64,000 nt of DNA from Desulforegulaceae bacterium (GTDB lineage Bacteria; Desulfobacterota; Desulfobacteria; Desulfobacterales; JACKCP01). Below the pieces are notes generated by a model that was not told the origin of the DNA, made no database searches, and saw only the letters and a program-made list of their open reading frames with translations. Below are positions 57,111 to 64,000 of the stretch, piece after piece (positions within the stretch are counted from its first letter, which is position 1; the number at the start of each line of letters is the position of its first letter). The DNA lies in the NCBI GenBank assembly GCA_034007295.1, contig JAVERC010000002.1, forward strand, positions 7,959-71,958, given 5' to 3'. Made by a program: the position numbers and the translations under genes.

Positions 57111-58529
57111 ATGTCTTTACATACTGTGGAAAAAATCGGCGGCACTTCCATGTCTGATTTTGAAAAAGTTTTAAATAATATAATACTTAAAAATAAAGAT
57201 AGAATTTATGGCAGAGTTTATGTTGTGTCAGCATATGCTGGAATAACTGATATGCTTTTGGAACATAAAAAAACAAGTGAACCAGGAGTTTACGGTCTTT
57301 TTTCAAATGGAGATGATTCATGGGCCTGGGGAGATGCAATAACTAAAGTCGGTGTAAGAATGTGTGAAATAAATGCATCGCTTGAACACCTAGGGCTTGA
57401 TCTTCAGCTTGCAGACAGGTTTGTCAAGGAAAGAATAGAGGGAGTAAGAAGCTGTTTAATCGACCTTACAAGGCTTTGCTCATTTGGACATTTCCAGCTT
57501 GAAGAGCATTTGAGTGCAATAAGGGAAATGCTGAGTGCTCTTGGAGAAGCTCACAGTGCACATAATACTTTTTTAATTTTAAATAACCTTGGCATAAATT
57601 CAAGGTTTGTTGATCTGACAGGATGGATGGAAGATGATAACATGTCATTTGATGAAAAAATCAATCATTATTTCAATGACATTGATTTTGCATCAGAACT
57701 GCCTGTAGTAACAGGTTACACAAGGTGCAGAGAAGGAATAATGGATACCTATGACAGAGGTTACAGCGAAATAACATTTTCAAAGGTTGCCTGTATTACC
57801 AATGCTTTAGAAGGTATAATCCATAAAGAATTTCATTTGAGCAGCGGAGATCCAAAGGTTGTAGGCCAGGATAAGGTAAGAACCATAGGCCAGACTAACT
57901 ATGATGTTGCAGACCAGCTTTCAGATCTTGGAATGGAAGCAATTCATCCAAGAGCTGCAAAAGGTTTAAGACAACTTGGGATTCCTTTAAGAGTTAAAAA
58001 TACTTTTGAGCCAGACCATCCAGGAACAATAATAAGCAGTGAATATAAGAGTGTTGAACCAAGGGTTGAGATAATAGCAGGAAGATCAAATTTATATGGA
58101 GTTGAAGTATTTGATCAGGATACTGTAGGTCAGTTTGACAGGGATTTTATTGTTACAGAATTTTTCAAAAATTTCAGAATCAGATATGTTGCAAAAAATC
58201 TTAATGCAAACACAATTACCCATTATGTTACTGCTTCACTTGAAAAAATTAATAAACTTATAGACTCAATTGAAAAAAAATATCCTTCAGCAGAGGTTTC
58301 AGTAAGAAAGGTTGCAATGGTTTCTGCAATAGGAAGCAATATGTCTGTACCAGGATTTTTGGCAGCAGCAGCAAAATCACTGTATGAAGAAGGAATAAAT
58401 ATACTTGCTGTGCAGCAGAGCATGAGACAGGTAGATATGCAGTTTATTATTGAGGAAAATGATTTTAACAAAGCAATTTTAGTACTTCACAGGGAGCTGA
58501 TTGAAAACCATGATCAAGCCGGCCAATAA
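57111..58529 (+). CDS. ask: Aspartate kinase (Ask_Ect-like)
   Basis: HTVEKIGGTSM, VVSAY.G.TD.LLEHKK, DRGYSE.TFS, HKEFHLSS.DP and MEAIHP; ACT domains. Confidence 0.9.
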   Translation: MSLHTVEKIGGTSMSDFEKVLNNIILKNKDRIYGRVYVVSAYAGITDMLLEHKKTSEPGVYGLFSNGDDSWAWGDAITKVGVRMCEINASLEHLGLDLQLADRFVKERIEGVRSCLIDLTRLCSFGHFQLEEHLSAIREMLSALGEAHSAHNTFLILNNLGINSRFVDLTGWMEDDNMSFDEKINHYFNDIDFASELPVVTGYTRCREGIMDTYDRGYSEITFSKVACITNALEGIIHKEFHLSSGDPKVVGQDKVRTIGQTNYDVADQLSDLGMEAIHPRAAKGLRQLGIPLRVKNTFEPDHPGTIISSEYKSVEPRVEIIAGRSNLYGVEVFDQDTVGQFDRDFIVTEFFKNFRIRYVAKNLNANTITHYVTASLEKINKLIDSIEKKYPSAEVSVRKVAMVSAIGSNMSVPGFLAAAAKSLYEEGINILAVQQSMRQVDMQFIIEENDFNKAILVLHRELIENHDQAGQ

Positions 58530-58624
58530 TAATGTTGACGGAAATTTTTTTAATTGTTATTAAAAAAAGTTTGTTTAACTGAGCGGAATTTATATGATTT
58601 TCGCTCTTTTTTATTTTGGAGGTA

Positions 58625-59485
58625 ATGGTGAGTTTTCGTGATTATTCATATTCAGTCTGGTGGAATTTGATTTTAATAACTGCAGGGTCAGTAATTTATG
58701 CCTATGGATTAAAGGCTATTGCTGTTCCCCACGGTTTTGTTCCTGGAGGACTGTTTGGTTTTGGAACCCTTATATTTTATTTTTTCAATTCTTTAACACC
58801 AGGCATCTGGTTTATTATTTTAAGTATTCCGCTTGTTATTATAGGTTTTTTATATATAAGCAAAAGGTTTATGTTTTATACTTTTTATGCAACCATAGCA
58901 TTAACCATAGCCTATGAACTTATTTCCCATGACGCAGGAATAGTTAATCAGTTTTACGCTGCACTTACTTCCGGACTGATTTGCGGAATAGGAGCTGGAA
59001 TAGTACTTAAAAGTCTTGGTTCAAACGGCGGTATAGATATAATTGCAATTATTCTTTATCAGAAATTCAATGTCGGTCTTGGAAAATCCTATATGTTTTT
59101 TAATTTAATTATTTTTGGTATAAGTTTTTTCTATTTTAAGCCAGATATTATAATTGCATCACTGATTTTGGTATTTTTGACATCTGCTTCCCTTGAATAT
59201 GTTTTATCAGCCTTTAACCAGAGAAAAGTTGTATTTATTATATCTGATTTTTCAGATTATATTGCAGACCAGATCATCAAAAATCTTGGAGTAAGTTCAA
59301 CTTTTATAAATGGTTATGGTGCATATATGAGACAGCCTAAAAATGTTCTTATGACCGTAATAAACAATGTTCAGCTTAAAAGACTTGAAGAAATAGTTTT
59401 TACAGAAGATGCAAATGCACTATTTATAGTTGAAAATACATTCAATGTAATAGGCTCGTCTTTTTCAAAAAGAAAAATTTATTAG
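58625..59485 (+). CDS. YitT-family membrane protein
   Basis: GG..G, GSNGG.DI, and a C-terminal G.GAY...L...V..ED.NA. Confidence 0.88.
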   Translation: MVSFRDYSYSVWWNLILITAGSVIYAYGLKAIAVPHGFVPGGLFGFGTLIFYFFNSLTPGIWFIILSIPLVIIGFLYISKRFMFYTFYATIALTIAYELISHDAGIVNQFYAALTSGLICGIGAGIVLKSLGSNGGIDIIAIILYQKFNVGLGKSYMFFNLIIFGISFFYFKPDIIIASLILVFLTSASLEYVLSAFNQRKVVFIISDFSDYIADQIIKNLGVSSTFINGYGAYMRQPKNVLMTVINNVQLKRLEEIVFTEDANALFIVENTFNVIGSSFSKRKIY

Positions 59486-59608
59486 TCTTTTATTGGAAGA
59501 TTTTTCAGTTTAAAAATGATCAAATAAAAACATTATTTTATATATGCTTGCCCAAAAATTTCTAATTTTGTAAAATTCAAATATAAACTACAAAATAAGG
59601 AGTCGGCC

Positions 59609-60064
59609 ATGAAAGATTTTAAACAAATACTTTTTCCGACAGACCTTTCAGAGATTTCAGGCAAAATGGTTCCCTATGTAAAAATGATGGCAGAAAAATT
59701 TGATGCACAGATTCACCTTCTTTTTGTCTGCCGAATGTTTGAAAGCTTGAAAAGCATTTATGTGCCTCATCCTTCGCTTCAGGCAATGGAAACTGAAGTA
59801 TTTAAAGCTGCTGAAGTAAGGATGAAGGAGTTTGTAAAGGAATTTTTTAAAGGCCTTGATCCTTTGCATAAAGTGGTATTGGGAGATACAGTTGATGAGA
59901 TCATGACTTATATATCTAAAAATCAAATTGATCTTGTAATTGTGGGCACCCATGGAAGAAAAGGCCTTGAAAGATTTATTTTCGGAAGTGTTGCAAAAAG
60001 TGTTTTTCAAAGGTCAAATGTTCCTGTCCTGATAATTAATCCCTACATGGTGGAAAATTTGTAA
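59609..60064 (+). CDS. Universal stress protein
   Basis: ILFPTDLS and IVGTHGRKG...GSVA...PVL. Confidence 0.93.
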   Translation: MKDFKQILFPTDLSEISGKMVPYVKMMAEKFDAQIHLLFVCRMFESLKSIYVPHPSLQAMETEVFKAAEVRMKEFVKEFFKGLDPLHKVVLGDTVDEIMTYISKNQIDLVIVGTHGRKGLERFIFGSVAKSVFQRSNVPVLIINPYMVENL

Positions 60065-60071
60065 ATTTATG

Positions 60072-60111
60072 AATTAAGCATTAAAGATTATAATTTCTTT
60101 AATGCTTAATT
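60072..60111 (+). terminator. 16-bp-stem hairpin after the usp gene
   Basis: AATTAAGCATTAAAGA-N8-TCTTTAATGCTTAATT followed by Ts. Confidence 0.75.
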
Positions 60112-60354
60112 TTTCTAAACTTAAATTATTTGCATTTTAAACTGATATTTGTAAGAAAAATTCAAGACTGATTTTTGTAGATTTAAAGTAAAAAATGGAT
60201 AGAAACCTTAAAAATATAGATAATTTCAATTTTGGTCAGGATAAAAGTTAAGGATTGAATTGAGGTATTATTTGTTTTATAAAATTTAAAACCTTATTTT
60301 TTGTTATTATTATTGTGTTTTAAAAATATTAAAATTTAATTTGTCAGGAGCAAA

Positions 60355-61131
60355 ATGGGCTGGGTAGGAAAGTTGATTGGCGGAACAATAGGCCTTGGTC
60401 TTGGAGGACCTTTAGGTGCAATTTTAGGTGCTGCAATAGGACATAAATTTGATAAATCAGAAGATAAATATCTTGAGGGATTTGGCGGCAGGCCGTCTTA
60501 TGCTTCAAATAATTTTGAAGCAAAACAGCAAAAGGAAATGATTTTTTTTGTGGCAGCCTTTTCCATGCTTGCAAAAATTGCAAAAGCTGATGGACAGATT
60601 TCAGATTCTGAAATACAGGCTGTTGAAGATTTTATGAATAATGATTTAAAGCTGGATTCTTCAAGTAAAGCTGCTGCAATTAATATTTTTAGGGCTGCAA
60701 GACATTCTTCTGAATCCTTTGAATCTTTTTCAAGGCAATTTTATGAAGCATTCAAAGATCAGGAGCAGATATTAGAGCTAATGATTGATGTTTTGTTTAG
60801 AGTTGCTTCAAGCGACGGTTCCATTATTTTAGATGAAGAAATACTTATAAAAAATACATCAGCATTGTTTGGATTTTCAGATGCAAAATTTAATTCAATA
60901 AAATCCAAATATGCCAAGGTTAACTCAAATCATTATTATGCCGTGCTGAACTGCTCTCCATCAGATGATCCAGCTTATATAAAAAAGCAGTATAGAAAGC
61001 TTGTAAGCGAGTATCATCCAGATAAAATTATAGCAAAAGGCCTTCCAGATGAATTTGTTGAATTTGCCAATGAAAAGTTCAGGGAAATCCAGGAAGCCTA
61101 TGAAGCTGTTTCCCGTCAGAAAAATTTATAG
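60355..61131 (+). CDS. djlA: DjlA co-chaperone (TM, TerB-like and J domains)
   Basis: MGW.GK.IGG..G...GGP.GA..G...GH.FD, AKADG and HPDK. Confidence 0.92.
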   Translation: MGWVGKLIGGTIGLGLGGPLGAILGAAIGHKFDKSEDKYLEGFGGRPSYASNNFEAKQQKEMIFFVAAFSMLAKIAKADGQISDSEIQAVEDFMNNDLKLDSSSKAAAINIFRAARHSSESFESFSRQFYEAFKDQEQILELMIDVLFRVASSDGSIILDEEILIKNTSALFGFSDAKFNSIKSKYAKVNSNHYYAVLNCSPSDDPAYIKKQYRKLVSEYHPDKIIAKGLPDEFVEFANEKFREIQEAYEAVSRQKNL

Positions 61132-61238
61132 AATTTTTTTAAAACATTTTTGAATAAATAAAGGGTTAAATTTGTGTTTTGATTTTAAATGAGTAAAAAA
61201 AGTTTTTAAGCTGGTAATTAAAATTTATGATTTAAAAA

Positions 61239-61274
61239 ACAGCATCAGGTGCTTTACAAAAAACCTGATGCTGT
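61239..61274. terminator. Hairpin between convergent djlA and gatB
   Basis: ACAGCATCAGGT-N12-ACCTGATGCTGT, with an A-tract on the left. Confidence 0.75.
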
Positions 61275-61328
61275 AAATTTTAGTAAAAATCAACAGAATT
61301 AAAAAATTGCCTTTAAATTTTAAATTTT

Positions 61329-62762
61329 TCAGCTAAGCTTTTTTGCAATCATTGGATTGACAAGCTTTGGATTTGCCTTGCCCTTTGTTTCCTTCATGAC
61401 TTGTCCCATAAAAAAGCTTATGAGTTTTTTGTTTCCTGCTTTGTATTTTTCTACTTCATCAGGGTTTGCATTAAGAACCTTTTCAACAACAGCCTCAAGC
61501 TCACCCTCATCAGATACCTGCTCAAGACCTTTGTCTTTTATTATCTGTCCTGGAGATTTTTTTGTATTTAATGATTCCAAAAAAATTTCTTTTGCAATTT
61601 TATCATTGATTTTGCCGTCTTTGAGTGCATTTAGAATTTCTGCAACAAATTCATATGAAATTTCAGATTTATCTGCTTCAATATTGTTTTCTTTAAGATA
61701 AGACAAAAAAGTACCTAAAAGCCAGTTAGCAGTGAGTTTGGAGTCTTTTACAATATTTACGCATGATTCAAAAAACTCTGATAATTCCCTTGATGATGTA
61801 AGTGTTTCAGCCTGTTGATCTGAAAGATTCAAATCTTTAATAAACCTTTTTTTCTTTTGCTGCGGTAGTTCAGGAAGAATTTTTTGTAATTCATTTTTCC
61901 ATTCTTCGCTTATTTCAACAGGAACAAGGTCAGGATCAGGGAAATATCTGTAATCATGGGCTTCTTCTTTGCCTCTCATTGAAAATGTCTTGAATTTATC
62001 AGGGTTCCAAAGCCTTGTTTCCTGAACAACTGATTGTCCGTCTTCAATCAGGGCAATTTGTCTTGCTATTTCATGCTCTATTCCGTTTTCAACATGCTTG
62101 AATGAGTTTAAATTTTTGATTTCAGTTCTTGTTCCAAGCTTGTCACTTCCCTTTGGGCGGACAGAAACATTGGCATCACATCTAAAACTGCCTTCTTCCA
62201 TATTGCCGTCAGTTATCTGAAGGTATTTTACAATAGCGTGAAGCTGTCTTAAATAATTTCCTGCTTCCTTTGCTGATCGTAAATCGGGTTCGCTTACTAT
62301 TTCAATAAGAGGAGTTCCAGCTCTGTTTAAGTCAACATAACTTACAGGCATTGAAGAATCGTGGATTAATTTACCGGCATCTTCTTCCATATGTATTCTT
62401 GTTATGCCAATTTTTTTTTTATCTCCGGTTATGTCTGAGTCGATTTCAAGATATCCTGAAAGTGCAAGCGGAAGCTCAAATTGAGATATTTGGTAGCCTT
62501 TTGGAAGGTCTGGATAAAAATAATTTTTTCTTGCAAATACAGATTTTTGTTGTACCTGGCAATTAGTTGCAAGAGAGGCCATTATTGCAAATTCAACTGC
62601 TTTTTTGTTAAGCACCGGCAAGACACCAGGCATTCCAAGGCAGACAGGGCAGGTAGACTCATTTGGACTGTTTCCAAATTTTGCAGGGCAGCTGCAAAAT
62701 ATTTTTGTATTGGTTTTAAGCTGTACATGAACTTCAAGACCTATTACAGGTTCAAATTCCAT
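61329..62762 (-). CDS. gatB: Asp/Glu-tRNA amidotransferase subunit B
   Basis: [30 protein letters not shown] and [10 protein letters not shown]. Confidence 0.99.
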   Translation of the reverse strand: MEFEPVIGLEVHVQLKTNTKIFCSCPAKFGNSPNESTCPVCLGMPGVLPVLNKKAVEFAIMASLATNCQVQQKSVFARKNYFYPDLPKGYQISQFELPLALSGYLEIDSDITGDKKKIGITRIHMEEDAGKLIHDSSMPVSYVDLNRAGTPLIEIVSEPDLRSAKEAGNYLRQLHAIVKYLQITDGNMEEGSFRCDANVSVRPKGSDKLGTRTEIKNLNSFKHVENGIEHEIARQIALIEDGQSVVQETRLWNPDKFKTFSMRGKEEAHDYRYFPDPDLVPVEISEEWKNELQKILPELPQQKKKRFIKDLNLSDQQAETLTSSRELSEFFESCVNIVKDSKLTANWLLGTFLSYLKENNIEADKSEISYEFVAEILNALKDGKINDKIAKEIFLESLNTKKSPGQIIKDKGLEQVSDEGELEAVVEKVLNANPDEVEKYKAGNKKLISFFMGQVMKETKGKANPKLVNPMIAKKLS

Positions 62763-62985
62763 TTTTAATCCTTAAATTATTTATTTTGTCTGGTTAAATT
62801 TAAAATAAAACTGATTGTTTTGTAATCTTTACGGAAAAAAAAGTTTTTCTAATTTCAAATATTATTTTAAAAAAGCACTGTCAATACAAAAGCCTTATAT
62901 CTTTTTTTAAAATATTAGGTTGTAACTTAAATTTCTTGGCAGTATTTATCAAATATTGATTCAGGATTTAAAAACAGGAATTTAA

Positions 62986-63177
62986 ATGGAATACTTTATA
63001 AGTTTAATTGGAATGGTTTTAGTGGTTGAAGGTCTTTTATATTCATTGTTTCCATCGGCATTGAAAAAGTTTGTTGTGATTCTTCTTTCCATGGAAGAAA
63101 AAAAGGTTAGAAATATTGGATTATGCTTTATGCTGTTAGGCACTTTTATTGTCTGGGCTGGAAACCGTTTATTTTAA
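62986..63177 (+). CDS. DUF2065 small membrane protein
   Basis: IGMVLVVEGL.Y.LFP....K.......R.IGL..ML.G. Confidence 0.85.
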   Translation: MEYFISLIGMVLVVEGLLYSLFPSALKKFVVILLSMEEKKVRNIGLCFMLLGTFIVWAGNRLF

Positions 63178-63289
63178 ATATATATTAAAAACAGAAACTT
63201 ATTTTTTTAGTTCCTTGATATCGTTTCTTGTGTGTGATATAAATACTCTTTCGTAAATTAATTTTAAACCAAAATTAAATGGTGGCAAA

Positions 63290-63829
63290 ATGGAAGAAAA
63301 AGAGATGGTTCAGGTTTCATCAAAAAGTTTTTCCGTAGGGGATCTTGCTGTTTACCCTGCTCATGGAGTTGGACGAATTGAGTCAATTGAGTCTAAGGAA
63401 ATTGGAGGAACAAAGCAGGATTTTTATATTTTGAAAATTCTTGAAAACGGTATGGTAATAATGATTCCTACAGCCAATGTCAAGTCTGTTGGCCTAAGAG
63501 AAGTTATTGCTGAAGATGATATTCCAAAAATATATGAAGTCATGCAAAATACAGATTCTATGCCAGGAGACAGTCAGACCTGGAATAGAAGATACAGAGA
63601 ATATATGGATAAGCTGAAAACTGGTTCTATTTATGATGTGGCTGAAGTTTTCAGAGATCTTTTCCTTTTAAGAATTACCAAGGATCTTTCCTTTGGTGAA
63701 AGAAAGCTTCTTGATACAGCACAAAGTCTTTTATTAAAAGAACTTTGTCTTGCAAGAAATGCAGATGAAAAAACAATGATGTCAGAGATTGAAAAACTTT
63801 TTTCAAGTGAAAAAAGCAGTGATAAATAA
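63290..63829 (+). CDS. carD: CarD/CdnL-family transcription factor
   Basis: FSVGDLAVYPAHGVG, WNRRYR and LSFGER. Confidence 0.95.
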   Translation: MEEKEMVQVSSKSFSVGDLAVYPAHGVGRIESIESKEIGGTKQDFYILKILENGMVIMIPTANVKSVGLREVIAEDDIPKIYEVMQNTDSMPGDSQTWNRRYREYMDKLKTGSIYDVAEVFRDLFLLRITKDLSFGERKLLDTAQSLLLKELCLARNADEKTMMSEIEKLFSSEKSSDK

Positions 63830-63868
63830 GATTATTTAAGGTTTTGCTCAAACAGGTTTACTTCTCAT

Positions 63869-64000
63869 ATGCACAAGATTGAAAATTTAACGACTATTGC
63901 AGGTCGACAGTTTGAGCTGACAGTTTCTAAAGAAGATTCACAAAAAAGACTTGATGTATTTTTGAGCTTTTATCTTGACTGTTCCAGAAATTTTGCATCA
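63869..64000 (+). CDS. Probable RluA/RluD pseudouridine synthase (5' part, S4 domain; runs off window end)
   Basis: Manual translation MHKIENLTTIAGRQFELTVSKEDSQKRLDVFLSFYLDCSRNFAS; RLD.FL....SR is the start of an S4 domain. Confidence 0.6.
   Translation, partial: MHKIENLTTIAGRQFELTVSKEDSQKRLDVFLSFYLDCSRNFAS

Noticed and set aside
1..64000. tRNA, rRNA, transposase, prophage or defence island
   Set aside because: None recognised. The only defence-like element is the vapBC pair.

Overview
An AT-rich chromosomal segment whose genes and gene order resemble Desulfobacterota/Desulfobacterales; this taxonomic assignment is inferred, not searched. It holds about 60 CDS, mostly housekeeping: xerD, selD, Fo ATP synthase genes, uvrA, pdxA, an LPS glycosylation block, rpsF-rpsR-rplI-dnaB-hflX-suhB, ftsY, gatB and carD. 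No rRNA, tRNA, CRISPR array or transposase was seen. Several signals are not in the ORF track. (1) selD starts at 20169 and reads through an in-frame UGA followed by a SECIS-like hairpin. (2) A dispersed ~140-bp MITE-like family has about 9 copies or fragments; five carry a perfect 6-bp TANNTA target duplication, two are 37-bp mini-forms, and two overlap gene stop codons. A second MITE-like family is also present. (3) A pfaD-like gene carries an in-frame 18-bp VNTR plus a REP-like doublet and lies next to a stand-alone PfaA-type acyltransferase. (4) A divergent cluster combines a degenerate ParA, acidic low-complexity proteins, an FGE-fold domain lacking the catalytic cysteines and a Zn-ribbon protein with a 15-bp VNTR. 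(5) An orphan DnaA paralogue has an altered recognition helix. (6) A large lipoprotein has a Cys-His-Asp papain-like core and a partner lipoprotein. Protein family calls come from motif recognition only; no database searches were run.
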